A stretch of 27,529 nucleotides of DNA from Acidobacteria bacterium RIFCSPHIGHO2_01_FULL_67_28 (GCA_001766965.1 MEKM01000184.1:1-27529); one strand, 5' to 3'; positions 15,901 to 27,463 are shown, counted from the first letter of the stretch. The notes: a model not told the origin generated them from the sequence alone. Numbers and translations: made by a program.

Positions 15901-16806
15901 GTGTCCAAAGTGATGACGACACGCGACGCCGTGGCACGCTTCGTGCCCGATGGCGCGAGCGTCGTCATGGAAGGCTTCACCCATCTCATTCCCTTCGCGG
16001 TCGGCCACGAGCTCATCCGCCAGCGCCGCCGCCACCTCACCCTCATCCGGCTCACCCCCGACCTGCTCTTCGACCAGATGATTGCCGCCGGCTGCGCCCG
16101 CAAGCTGATTTTCAGTTGGGCGGGTAATCCGGGCGTCGGGTCGCTTTACGCTTTTCGCCGCGCTGTCGAGCAAGGCCGCCCGCGATCCCTCGAGCTCGAG
16201 GAGTACTCCCACTTCGGCCTCGCCCTGCGCCTTCAGGCTGGCGCGGCCAACCTGCCGTTCTTACCCACTCGCAATTTCGCCGGCTCGGACCTCCCGCGCG
16301 TCAATCCGAACATCCTGCCGGTGACCTGCCCGTTCACGGGTCAGTCGCTCTGGGCCGTGCCGGCGCTCCACCCTGACGTCGCCATCCTCCACGCCCAGCG
16401 CGCCGACGAGCAGGGCAACACCCAGGTCTGGGGCCTCACCGGCGTGCTGAAGGAGGCCGCCTTCGCGGCCCGCTGCGTCGTGGTGACGGTCGAGGAGATC
16501 GTGTCTTCTGACCTGATCCGGCGCGATCCGAACCGCACCCTGGTCCCCGGCTTCCGCGTGGACGCGGTGGTCGAAGAGCCCTTTGGCGCCCATCCCTCCT
16601 ACGTGCAGGGCTACTACGACCGCGACAACGACTTCTACCGGCGCTGGGAGGGCATCTCCAGGACCGAAGAAGACCTGCAGGGCTACCTCGACACCTGGGT
16701 CTACGGCGTCTCCGGTCGGCGCGAGTACGTCGAGCGGCTGGGGGAGACGGCGCAACGGCTGCGGGCCGCCTCCGTTCTCTGCGAACCGGTCAACTACGGG
16801 TACTAG
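15901..16806 (+). CDS. Family I CoA-transferase subunit A (glutaconate/3-oxoadipate type, GctA/CatI-like)
   Basis: 301 aa. EGFTHLIPFAVGHELIRQ, FSWAGNPGVGSL, LEEYSH, ILHAQRADEQGN, EEPFGAHPSY. Confidence 0.92.
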   Translation: MSKVMTTRDAVARFVPDGASVVMEGFTHLIPFAVGHELIRQRRRHLTLIRLTPDLLFDQMIAAGCARKLIFSWAGNPGVGSLYAFRRAVEQGRPRSLELEEYSHFGLALRLQAGAANLPFLPTRNFAGSDLPRVNPNILPVTCPFTGQSLWAVPALHPDVAILHAQRADEQGNTQVWGLTGVLKEAAFAARCVVVTVEEIVSSDLIRRDPNRTLVPGFRVDAVVEEPFGAHPSYVQGYYDRDNDFYRRWEGISRTEEDLQGYLDTWVYGVSGRREYVERLGETAQRLRAASVLCEPVNYGY

Positions 16807-16808
16807 GC

Positions 16809-17570
16809 ATGGGCGACTACACGGCGCGGGAGATTATGGTCACGGCGGCGGCGCAAATGCTCCAGGACGGCCAGACGGTGTTTGTCGGCATCGGCATCCC
16901 CAACCTGGCGGTCAACCTCGCCCGCCGCACCCGGTGCCCGAACCTCGTGCTCATCTATGAGTCCGGCGCCATCGGCGCGCGGCCCGCGCGCCTGCCCATC
17001 TCCATCGGCGACCCAGCGCTGGTAGCCGGCGCCGACGGCGTCTGCTCGATGCCCGAGGTTTTCCAGTACTGCCTGCAGCGCGGCTTCATTGAGGTCGGTT
17101 TCCTCGGCGGCGCGCAGATCGACCGCTTCGGCAACCTCAACACCACCGTCATCGGCGACTACCTCAAACCGAAGGTGCGCTTGCCCGGCTCCGGCGGCGC
17201 TTGTGAAATCGCCGTCCTGGCCCGCAAGGTCATCGTGGTCATCCCGCACTCGCGGCGCGCCTTCCCCGAGCGCGTGGACTTCATCACCAGCCCGGGCTTC
17301 CTCGGCGGGGGCGCCGAGCGCGCCCGCCTGGGCCTGCCCGGCGGCGGCCCCGACGCTGTCATCACCGACCTGGGCGTGCTGCGCTTCGACCAGGAGACCA
17401 GAGAGATGGTGCTCGCTTCGCTCCACCCGGGCGTGACCCTCGACGCCGTGCGCGCCCAGACCGGCTGGCCATTGCGCGCCGCCTCGCCGCTCGGAGTCAC
17501 CCAGCCCCCCTCGGCCGAAGAGCTGCGCGTCCTGCGCGGAGAGCTGGCGCCCTCGCCGGACCTGGCCTGA
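16809..17570 (+). CDS. Family I CoA-transferase subunit B (GctB/CatJ-like)
   Basis: 253 aa. VFVGIGIP, catalytic Glu in LIYESG, FLGGAQIDRFGNLN, RLPGSGGA, SLHPGV. Confidence 0.92.
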   Translation: MGDYTAREIMVTAAAQMLQDGQTVFVGIGIPNLAVNLARRTRCPNLVLIYESGAIGARPARLPISIGDPALVAGADGVCSMPEVFQYCLQRGFIEVGFLGGAQIDRFGNLNTTVIGDYLKPKVRLPGSGGACEIAVLARKVIVVIPHSRRAFPERVDFITSPGFLGGGAERARLGLPGGGPDAVITDLGVLRFDQETREMVLASLHPGVTLDAVRAQTGWPLRAASPLGVTQPPSAEELRVLRGELAPSPDLA

Positions 17571-18943
17571 TGGATACCGCCGCCATCATCCCGGCGCTCT
17601 TCCCCCGACGATTCGGCCGGGGCTACCCCGTGGCGGTGCGCGGCGAAGGCGTCTACCTTTACGACGCCCAGGGGAAGAAATACCTCGATGCCGCCGGCGG
17701 CGCCGCGGTGGTGACCATCGGCCATGGCGTGAACGCGGTGGTCGAGGCCATGGCCAAGCAAGCCCACGCCCTGGCCTTCGTCCACAGCTCCCAATTCCAT
17801 ACTGCGCCTGCGGAAGAGCTGGCCGAGCACTTGCGCCGGCTGGCGCCGGGCCCGCTGGCCCAGACCGCGCGCGTCTATTTCACCTCGGGCGGCTCCGAGG
17901 CCACGGAGACGGCTCTCAAGCTCGTGCGGCAGTACTGGCTCGAGCGTGACCAACCCGGGCGCTACCGGATTCTCTCCCGCTGGCAGAGCTACCACGGCAG
18001 CACGCTGGGGGCGCTGGCGCTCTCCGGCAACCAGCGCCGCCGACGGCCCTACGCACCCCTGCTGGCCGAGTTCGGCCACATTGCGCCTTGCTATTGCTAC
18101 CGCTGCCCGCTCGGCCTCGAATTCCCCTCCTGTGGCGTCGCCTGCGCCGACGAACTGGAGAAAGCCCTGGCGGCCGACGCCGAGCGCAGCGTCGCCGGCT
18201 TCATCCTCGAGCCCATCGTCGGCGCCACCACGGGCGCGGTCCCGCCCGAGGGCTACCTCCAGCGCATCCGCGAAATCTGCGACCGGCACGACATCCTGCT
18301 CATCGCCGACGAAATCATGACCGGCCTGGGGCGCACCGGACGGGCGTTGGCCGTGGACCACTGGGGAGTCGTCCCTGACCTGATCCTGCTCGGGAAAGGC
18401 ATCGCCAGCGGCTACGCGCCGCTGGGGGCGGTGGTGGTGGCGGAAAAGGTCTGGCGGGCCCTCGAGCAGGGCAGCGGCGGCTTCGAACACGGCTACACCT
18501 ACCAGGCTCACCCGGTGTCGGTGGCCGCCGGGCTGGCCGTGCAACGCTACATCGCGGAGAGGAATCTGGTCGAGCAGTGTCGCCGGCGCGGCGACTCCTT
18601 GGCCGCGCGGCTGGAATCGCTCCGCGAGCTGCCCTTCGTGGGCGACATCCGAGGCAAGGGGCTCCTGCAAACAGTGGAGTTCGTGGCCGACAAGAAAACC
18701 CGCGCCCCGTTTCCGCCGGCGGAACGGATCGCGGAACGCCTGGGGGAAGAACTGTGCGCCCGCGGGGTGCTGGTCTACCCCATGAAGGGCTGTGCGGACG
18801 GCTGGGCGGGCGACCACCTGCTGCTGGCCCCGCCCTTCGTCATTGAGGAAAGCGAGCTCGACACCATCGCCAGCGAACTGCGCCGCGCTCTCGGCTCCCT
18901 CCGCGGCGGGGCTGGCCGCGGCGCGCACGGCGCGGCTTTATGA
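17570..18943 (+). CDS. Class III PLP-dependent aminotransferase (omega-amino acid type)
   Basis: 457 aa. YLDAAGG, SGGSEATETALK, SYHGSTLG, EPIVG, ADEIMTGLGRTG, PLP Lys in GKGIASG. 1-nt overlap with the upstream stop. Confidence 0.95.
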   Translation: MDTAAIIPALFPRRFGRGYPVAVRGEGVYLYDAQGKKYLDAAGGAAVVTIGHGVNAVVEAMAKQAHALAFVHSSQFHTAPAEELAEHLRRLAPGPLAQTARVYFTSGGSEATETALKLVRQYWLERDQPGRYRILSRWQSYHGSTLGALALSGNQRRRRPYAPLLAEFGHIAPCYCYRCPLGLEFPSCGVACADELEKALAADAERSVAGFILEPIVGATTGAVPPEGYLQRIREICDRHDILLIADEIMTGLGRTGRALAVDHWGVVPDLILLGKGIASGYAPLGAVVVAEKVWRALEQGSGGFEHGYTYQAHPVSVAAGLAVQRYIAERNLVEQCRRRGDSLAARLESLRELPFVGDIRGKGLLQTVEFVADKKTRAPFPPAERIAERLGEELCARGVLVYPMKGCADGWAGDHLLLAPPFVIEESELDTIASELRRALGSLRGGAGRGAHGAAL

Positions 18944-21102
18944 GACTCCGCGCGAATCCATCTCGAGGACTCTTCGCGGCGGGAGTGTCCCTGCTCGCCG
19001 GTGTGCTTCTGCTGGCGAGTCCTTCTCCACCACGCGAGACCCCGCCCGCTGGTTTCAGCGAGCCGAGCTGGGCGCGTCAGAAAGTTTATGAGACAAAGCT
19101 TCTGGAGAGCGTCCGGGCCGACTCCTGTCGCGACCACCACCGCCTTCTAACCAGCCAGCCTCATGTGGCCGGCACCCCCGGCAACTTCCGCGTCTCCCAG
19201 TACATTTTCGACCGCTTCCGCGAGTACGGTCTCGAGGCAGAGTTCGCCGAGTACGAAGTGCTGCTCGCCTATCCCGAAGAAATCCGCGTCGAGATCGTGG
19301 CCCCGGAGCGCGTGGTGCTGGCGAACCCCGAGCCCGCGGACCCGCTCGACCCGCTCACCGACGTCAGCCGCACCCCGGTGGCCCAGCTGCCGTGGAACGC
19401 CTACTCGCCCGACGCCGATTTCGAAGCGCCGGTCGTCTACGCCAACCACGGTCGTCCCGAGGACTTCCGCCAGCTCGAAGCGCTCGGCGTTTCGCTTCAG
19501 GGCAAGATCGCCCTGCTGCGCTACTTCCAGGGTTACCGTGGCGGAAAGAGCTACGAGGCGGAAAAGCACGGCGTCGCTGGAATCCTCGTTTACTCCGACC
19601 CGATGGAGGACGGCTACTTCCAAGGCGACGTCTGGCCCGACGGCCCCTGGGGCCCGCCCGGCCACCTCCAGCGCGGCGCCAACGTTTACGACTTCCTCGT
19701 TCCCGGCGACCCGCTCACCCCCGGCTGGCCCTCCACCCCTGAAGCGAAGCGCATCCCGCCGGAAGAGTCTCGCATCCTGCCGAAGATCCCCATGGTGCCG
19801 CTCTCGGCCCGCGACGCCGCCGAAGTTCTGCGGAGGCTGGGCGGCCCGGCGGTGCCGCCGGGCTGGCAGGGAGCGCTGCCGTTCACCTACCACCTGGGCG
19901 ACGACCGCCTCCGGGTGCGCCTGGTGAACCGCCAGCGGCGCGTGCGGACCAAGATCCGCAACGTTATCGGCAGGATTCGCGGCAGCGAGTTTCCGGAGGA
20001 GTTGGTGGTGTTGAGCAACCACCACGACGCCTGGGTCTATGGCGGCGTGGACCCTTCCAGCGGCACCGCCACCATGCTCGAGCTGGCCCGCGTCCTCGGC
20101 GCGCTCGCCCGCGAAGGCTACCGGCCTCGCCGTACGCTGCTCTTCGGCAATTGGGACGCCGAGGAGTACACCCTGACCGGCTCCACGGAGTGGGGCGAAC
20201 AGTACGCCGACACGCTGCGGCGGACTGCCATCGCCTGCTTGAACGTGGATGCGGCCGCGAGCGGCGCGGATTTTTCCGTCAGCGCCTCGCCGCTCCTGCG
20301 CCGGCTGATCCTCGAGGCCGCGCAAGCGGTGGAGGACCCTCAAACCAGCCAGCCCGTCTATGACCGCTGGGCCAAGTCGGAGTCCGGCGCCAATGTGCGC
20401 AGCTACGTTTCGGGCGCGAGGGCTGAAGCCGGCGGACCGCTCATTGAGCGGCTGGGCAGTGGTTCCGACTACACGGTCTTCTTCAACCACCTGGGCATCC
20501 CTTCACTCGATATGTTGTTCGACGGTCCCTACGGCGTCTACCACTCCGTCTATGACGGGCACGTCTGGATGTCGCGCTTCGGCGACCCCGGTTTCCGCTT
20601 CCACGCCGCCATGGCCCGGCTGTGGGGCGTGATGGCGCTGCGGCTGGCGAACGCCGACCTGCTGCCGCTCGACCCGCGGGCGGAGGCCGAGGCGCTCGAC
20701 TCCTACGTGGAAGAGCTGCGGCCGGAAGCGCCCCCGGAATTCTTTGCCCGCCACCTGGCGCCCTTGCAGTCGGAAGCGCGGGGGCTGGGCCGGGCCGCCG
20801 CGCGCTTCGACTCCCGCGCGCGCGGCTGGCTGCGCGACCCCAAAGCTCACCGCCCCGCTCTGGCCCGCGCCAATCGAGCCCTGCTCCAGCTCGAACGGGA
20901 CTTCACGCACCCCGACGGTTTGCCCAACCGGCCCTGGTTCAAGCACCTGGTCTATGCGCCCCAGCCCAGCTACCGCGCCCAGGTCTTGCCCGCCATTGCT
21001 GAAGCCCTGGAACGAAACGACGCGGCGGGGGCGGCCGAGCAAGCCCGCCGCCTACGCGAAGCCATCCGAACCGCCAGGAAACGCCTCGAAGAAACCCGTT
21101 AG
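18940..21102 (+). CDS. M28 peptidase, glutamate carboxypeptidase II-like (PA + M28 + TfR dimer domains), exported
   Basis: 720 aa. VVYANHG, NHHDAW, GVDPSSG, WDAEE, LNVD, GSGSDY, YHSVYD, RPWFKHLVYAP. ATGA overlap with the upstream gene. Confidence 0.94.
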   Translation: MRLRANPSRGLFAAGVSLLAGVLLLASPSPPRETPPAGFSEPSWARQKVYETKLLESVRADSCRDHHRLLTSQPHVAGTPGNFRVSQYIFDRFREYGLEAEFAEYEVLLAYPEEIRVEIVAPERVVLANPEPADPLDPLTDVSRTPVAQLPWNAYSPDADFEAPVVYANHGRPEDFRQLEALGVSLQGKIALLRYFQGYRGGKSYEAEKHGVAGILVYSDPMEDGYFQGDVWPDGPWGPPGHLQRGANVYDFLVPGDPLTPGWPSTPEAKRIPPEESRILPKIPMVPLSARDAAEVLRRLGGPAVPPGWQGALPFTYHLGDDRLRVRLVNRQRRVRTKIRNVIGRIRGSEFPEELVVLSNHHDAWVYGGVDPSSGTATMLELARVLGALAREGYRPRRTLLFGNWDAEEYTLTGSTEWGEQYADTLRRTAIACLNVDAAASGADFSVSASPLLRRLILEAAQAVEDPQTSQPVYDRWAKSESGANVRSYVSGARAEAGGPLIERLGSGSDYTVFFNHLGIPSLDMLFDGPYGVYHSVYDGHVWMSRFGDPGFRFHAAMARLWGVMALRLANADLLPLDPRAEAEALDSYVEELRPEAPPEFFARHLAPLQSEARGLGRAAARFDSRARGWLRDPKAHRPALARANRALLQLERDFTHPDGLPNRPWFKHLVYAPQPSYRAQVLPAIAEALERNDAAGAAEQARRLREAIRTARKRLEETR

Positions 21103-21113
21103 GAGAGACTACG

Positions 21114-22283
21114 ATGAAGAAGCACCACGGCCATTTGCTCACCTGTATCCTGGTTTTCTTCCTGATCGTCCCCGCGGTGGTTTGGGCGCAGGCCAGACCG
21201 CGGGCCCGCGACCTCGGTGTCCCTTTCGACGGCAGCCCCGGCCCGCTGAACGCCATCACGGACGTCGCCGGCGTCGCAGTCGGCCACAGCACCATCGTCG
21301 TGGGCGAAGGGAAGCTCCAGGTGGGACGCGGCCCGGTGCGCACCGGCGTGACCGCCATCTTGCCTCGCGGCCAGCGGTCTGCCTCCGACCTGGTCTTTGC
21401 CGGATGGTTCTCCCTGAACGGCAACGGGGAGATGACCGGCACAACCTGGGTGGAAGAGTCCGGTCTGATGGAAGGCCCGGTGATGATTACCAACACCCAC
21501 AGCGTGGGCACGGTGCGCGATGCCGTCATCGCCTGGTGGGTCAAGCGCGGCCAAGGCAACCAGCCCTGGTCGCTGCCGGTGGTGGCGGAGACTTGGGACG
21601 GGTATCTCAACGACATCAACGGATTCCACGTCAAGGAGGAGCACGCTTTCGAGGCGCTGGAGAGCGCCCGGGGGGGGCCCGTGGAGGAAGGAAACGTCGG
21701 CGGCGGCACCGGCATGATTTGCCACGAGTTCAAGGGCGGCATCGGCACCGCCTCGCGGCAGCTTGACGCGGAGGCGGGCGGCTACACGGTCGGCGTGCTC
21801 GTGCAATGCAACTACGGACTCCGCCACCAGCTCCGCATCGCCGGCGTGCCCGTGGGGCGCGAGCTCACGGAAGATCTGGTATGGTCGCAGGAGACCGGCT
21901 CGATTATCATCGTCATTGCTACGGACGCCCCGCTGCTGCCGCACCAACTCAAACGCGTGGCCCGGCGCGCCGCGCTCGGGTTGGCGCGCAACGGCAGCAT
22001 CGCCGGCAACGGATCGGGCGACATCTTCATCGCCTTCTCCACCGCCAACCCCGGCGCCGCGGCGCCCGCGGGCCTCGTGCAAGTTGCCGTGCTCCCCAAC
22101 GAGCGCATGAACCCTCTCTTCGAGGCCACCGTGCAGGCCACCGAAGAGGCCATCGTCAACGCCCTGGTGGCTGCGGAGACCACGACCGGCGTGGACAACC
22201 GCACGGTGGTGGCCCTGCCGCATGACCGCCTCCAACAGGCGCTGAAGAAATACAACCGGCTCGTCGAAGCGCGAAAAAACTAA
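21114..22283 (+). CDS. dmpA: P1 family (DmpA/BapA-like) Ntn aminopeptidase, exported
   Basis: 389 aa. RARDLG, NAITDVAGV, NGNGEMTG, EGNVGGGTGM, autoproteolytic G|SIIIVIATDAPL, GSGDIFIAFST. AGGAG SD. Confidence 0.9.
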   Translation: MKKHHGHLLTCILVFFLIVPAVVWAQARPRARDLGVPFDGSPGPLNAITDVAGVAVGHSTIVVGEGKLQVGRGPVRTGVTAILPRGQRSASDLVFAGWFSLNGNGEMTGTTWVEESGLMEGPVMITNTHSVGTVRDAVIAWWVKRGQGNQPWSLPVVAETWDGYLNDINGFHVKEEHAFEALESARGGPVEEGNVGGGTGMICHEFKGGIGTASRQLDAEAGGYTVGVLVQCNYGLRHQLRIAGVPVGRELTEDLVWSQETGSIIIVIATDAPLLPHQLKRVARRAALGLARNGSIAGNGSGDIFIAFSTANPGAAAPAGLVQVAVLPNERMNPLFEATVQATEEAIVNALVAAETTTGVDNRTVVALPHDRLQQALKKYNRLVEARKN

Positions 22284-22335
22284 TGTGCGACTGCTGCGTC
22301 ACCTGATGATTCCTCGGCCAACTTCCCGCTGCCGT

Positions 22336-24315
22336 GTGAACCTCCTGTGGAGGCTAGCCGCGGGTTTTCTCTCGCTCCTGGCTTTCGGCGTTGTCTTGCT
22401 TGCCTGTGGCCGCAGCGCCGGCGTCCAGCGGAAGCTCATCGTCCTCGGCCTTGACGGCATGGATCCCGAGCTGCTGGGCCGCTATATGGACGAGGGCAAG
22501 CTTCCGAACTTTGCCCGGCTCGCCCAGCAGGGCGGCTTCCGTCGTCTGGGCACCAGCATTCCTCCCCAGAGCCCGGTGGCGTGGTCGAACCTCATCACCG
22601 GCCTGAACCCGGGTGAGCACGGCATCTTCGACTTCATCCACCGTGACCCGAAGACTCTGCTGCCCTACCTTTCTACCTCGCGCGTCGAGCCGCCGAAGCG
22701 TGCCCTGCGCCTGGGCCCCTGGGTGCTGCCGCTTTCGCCCGGTCGCGTCACACTGCTGCGGGAGAGAAAGGCCTTCTGGGAAATCCTCGATGGGCACCGG
22801 GTTCCCGCCGTCATCCTGCGCATGCCCGCCAATTTTCCGCCGGTGGAATCCGAGTCCCGGACGCTGGCGGGCATGGGAACGCCCGACATGCTGGGCACCT
22901 ACGGCACGTTTGCCTTCTACACGGACGTGCCGCCCGCCGGGGCCGAGCGCATCAGCGGCGGGCGCGTTTACCCGGTGCGCGTCGCCGAGTTCCGCGTGGC
23001 CGCGCAACTGGTCGGGCCGTACAACACCTTCCGCCGGGGCGAGCCTCCCGCCACGGTGGACTTCGCCGTGTGGCTCGACCCCACGGAGGCGGTGGCCAAG
23101 CTGGCCGTGCAGGAGCAGGAGTTTGTGCTGCGGGAGGGGGAGTGGAGTGACTGGGTGGTGGTCGAGTTCACCCTGATCCCGCACCTCGAGACCGTCAGCG
23201 GCATCTGCAAGTTCTACCTGAAGCAGGTGCGGCCTGTCTTTCAGCTCTACGTCAGCCCGATCAACATCGACCCCGCCCGTCCGGCCCTGCCGCTCTCCAC
23301 GCCCGAAGCCTACGTCCGGGAGTTGCAGGAAAAAACCGGCTACTTCTACACGCAAGGGATGGCGGAAGACACGCGCGCGCTTTCGGCCGGCCTCCTCACG
23401 GACGCCGAGTACGTCACGCAAGCCCGCATGGTCTGGGAAGAACAGCGGAGGCTTTTCCTCTTGGAGCTGGGGCGCCTCCAGGGCGGCTTCTTGTTCGGCT
23501 ACTTCTCCGGCCTCGACCAGAACTCCCATATGTTTTGGCGCGCCTTCGATGAGCGCCATCCGGCCTACACCCCGCAGACCGCCGCCGGCTTCGCGCGCCT
23601 GCTCGAAGGGCAGTACCGGGAAATGGATGAGTTGCTCGGGGAGGTGATGGCGAGGCTGGACGCGGATACGACCTTGCTGGTTCTCTCCGACCACGGCTTC
23701 GCGCCGTATTACCGTTCGTTCAACCTGAACACCTGGCTCCTCGAACGCGGCTATGCTGCCCTCCGGTTAGACCGGCCGCGCCCGGCCGACTTTCTGGCGA
23801 ACGTGGACTGGAGCCGAACCCGCGCCTATGGTCTGGGCCTCAACGGCTTGTACCTCAACCGGCGCGGCCGCGAGCGCGATGGCATCGTCCCGCCGGGGGC
23901 GGAGGCCGAGGCGCTGCTGGAAGAGATTGCGCAGGAACTGCTGGCGGTGCGCGACCCTGCGACGCAGCGTCCCGTCATCACCCGCGTGGACCGTGCCGCG
24001 CAGGTCTACTCCGGCCCGCACCTCGCCGATGCTCCCGACCTCCTGATTGGATACAATCGCGGTTATCGCGCCGGGTGGGGAACCGTGCTGGGAGGCTTCC
24101 CCGGGGTGGTGCTGGAAGACAACCGGGAGGTATGGAGCGGCGATCACTGCATCGACTTCAACCTGGTTCCGGGTGTGCTCTTGAGCAACCGGACGATCCG
24201 GGCGGACGCGCCCACGCTGCTCGATATCGCGCCCACCATCTTGGCCGAGTTCGGAATCGAGAAGCCGCCGGGGATGCCGGGCCAGTCGCTCTTCGCCCCT
24301 CGGCCCGGCCGCTAG
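22336..24315 (+). CDS. Alkaline-phosphatase-superfamily NPP/phosphodiesterase-like protein, paralog 1, probable lipoprotein (start could be 22285 or 22306)
   Basis: Lipobox-like VLLA|C 24 codons after GTG 22336. LGLDGMD, Ser in QSPVAWS, DQNSH, LSDHGF, WSGDHC together give a full two-metal site. Confidence 0.88.
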   Translation: MNLLWRLAAGFLSLLAFGVVLLACGRSAGVQRKLIVLGLDGMDPELLGRYMDEGKLPNFARLAQQGGFRRLGTSIPPQSPVAWSNLITGLNPGEHGIFDFIHRDPKTLLPYLSTSRVEPPKRALRLGPWVLPLSPGRVTLLRERKAFWEILDGHRVPAVILRMPANFPPVESESRTLAGMGTPDMLGTYGTFAFYTDVPPAGAERISGGRVYPVRVAEFRVAAQLVGPYNTFRRGEPPATVDFAVWLDPTEAVAKLAVQEQEFVLREGEWSDWVVVEFTLIPHLETVSGICKFYLKQVRPVFQLYVSPINIDPARPALPLSTPEAYVRELQEKTGYFYTQGMAEDTRALSAGLLTDAEYVTQARMVWEEQRRLFLLELGRLQGGFLFGYFSGLDQNSHMFWRAFDERHPAYTPQTAAGFARLLEGQYREMDELLGEVMARLDADTTLLVLSDHGFAPYYRSFNLNTWLLERGYAALRLDRPRPADFLANVDWSRTRAYGLGLNGLYLNRRGRERDGIVPPGAEAEALLEEIAQELLAVRDPATQRPVITRVDRAAQVYSGPHLADAPDLLIGYNRGYRAGWGTVLGGFPGVVLEDNREVWSGDHCIDFNLVPGVLLSNRTIRADAPTLLDIAPTILAEFGIEKPPGMPGQSLFAPRPGR

Positions 24316-24329
24316 CAAGGGAGGTGGCG

Positions 24330-24536
24330 ATGTTTGGTCATCGGATCAAGATCGACGACGAACTGTTCGACAACATCAAGAAATGTGTGGCCCTGGCCGG
24401 CTATTCCTCCACCGGGGAATTTGTCACCCACGTGCTCGAACGCGAAGTCCAGCGCCTGCTCGGCTCCAGCGGCCAGGGCCCGGAGTCCGAGGAGGAGTTG
24501 AGGAAGCGGCTGCAAGGACTCGGTTACATCGAGTGA
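24330..24536 (+). CDS. Small ribbon-helix-helix (CopG-like) protein with EEELRKRLQGLGYIE tail, 68 aa
   Basis: GGAGG SD, ATG 24330 (track start 24075 lies inside the upstream gene). Strand HRIKI, helix DELFDNIKKCVALAG, GYSS turn, helix TGEFVTHVLEREVQRLL. Confidence 0.8.
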   Translation: MFGHRIKIDDELFDNIKKCVALAGYSSTGEFVTHVLEREVQRLLGSSGQGPESEEELRKRLQGLGYIE

Positions 24537-24539
24537 GTC

Positions 24540-25358
24540 ATGAGCAACCTCCTGGCCCTGCTCACCCGGGCGTTTGATTTTCTCCTGGGGCCCTTCGAAT
24601 CCCTACCGCCCCTGCTGACGGTCGTAGTCTTCTCCTGCTTGGCGGGCGCGGGCCTGCTGCTGGTGTTTCGCTTCACCTCCGACCAGAAAGGCATCCGCCG
24701 GGTCAAGGACCGCATGGCGGCGCACTTGTTGGAGCTCCGCCTGTTTCAGGATCACCCGGGGGTGATGCTCCGGGCGCAAGGGCGCCTCCTGCGGGCGACT
24801 CTGCGTTACTCGGGCTATTCGCTCAAGCCCCTGGCCGTCATGCTCGTCCCGGTGACCGTGTTCCTGGTTCAGCTGGACGCGCGCCTGGGCTGGCTTCCTC
24901 CCAAGCCACAGGAACCGATTCTTCTCAAGGCCCGTTTCAACCGCGTGGTCCCTCTCGATCAAGTCTCGCTCGTTTTGCCTGATGGGCTGGTGCTCACCGC
25001 GCCCCCGGTCCGCCTCCCGGCCGAGAAGGAAGCGGTTTGGCAGCTCAAGGCCGAAAGAGCGGGGTTCTTCATGGTGCAGGTCAGCGTGGCGGGCACAAGC
25101 TTTCCCAAGCAGATTACGGTGGCGACTCGCCCGGCTCGGGTGTCGCCCGCCCGGGGGCGCGCGGGTTTCTGGCAGGAGTTCCTCCATCCCGGCGAGCCGC
25201 CCCTGCCCGAGGACGCACCGCTGGCCAGCGTCGAGGTCAACCATCGCCGCCGACGCTTTGGCCTCGGGCCTTTCAAGCCGGACTGGCTGGTGGTGTTTTT
25301 TGTGGTCTCGCTGGTGTCCGGATTTGCCCTGAAGGGCGTGCTGCGAACGGAGGTTTGA
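24540..25358 (+). CDS. Three-TM membrane protein resembling DUF106/EMC3/TMCO1 (Oxa1 superfamily), with inserted beta-rich soluble domain
   Basis: 272 aa. Amphipathic N-helix, TM1 (PPLLTVVVFSCLAGAGLLLVF), TSDQKGIRRVK coiled-coil hairpin, TM2 (SLKPLAVMLVPVTVFLVQL), ~130 aa insert, terminal TM (WLVVFFVVSLVSGFALKGVL). The CDS itself is secure; the family call is by pattern. Confidence 0.7.
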   Translation: MSNLLALLTRAFDFLLGPFESLPPLLTVVVFSCLAGAGLLLVFRFTSDQKGIRRVKDRMAAHLLELRLFQDHPGVMLRAQGRLLRATLRYSGYSLKPLAVMLVPVTVFLVQLDARLGWLPPKPQEPILLKARFNRVVPLDQVSLVLPDGLVLTAPPVRLPAEKEAVWQLKAERAGFFMVQVSVAGTSFPKQITVATRPARVSPARGRAGFWQEFLHPGEPPLPEDAPLASVEVNHRRRRFGLGPFKPDWLVVFFVVSLVSGFALKGVLRTEV

Positions 25359-25363
25359 TTCCT

Positions 25364-27463
<2,100 letters not shown>

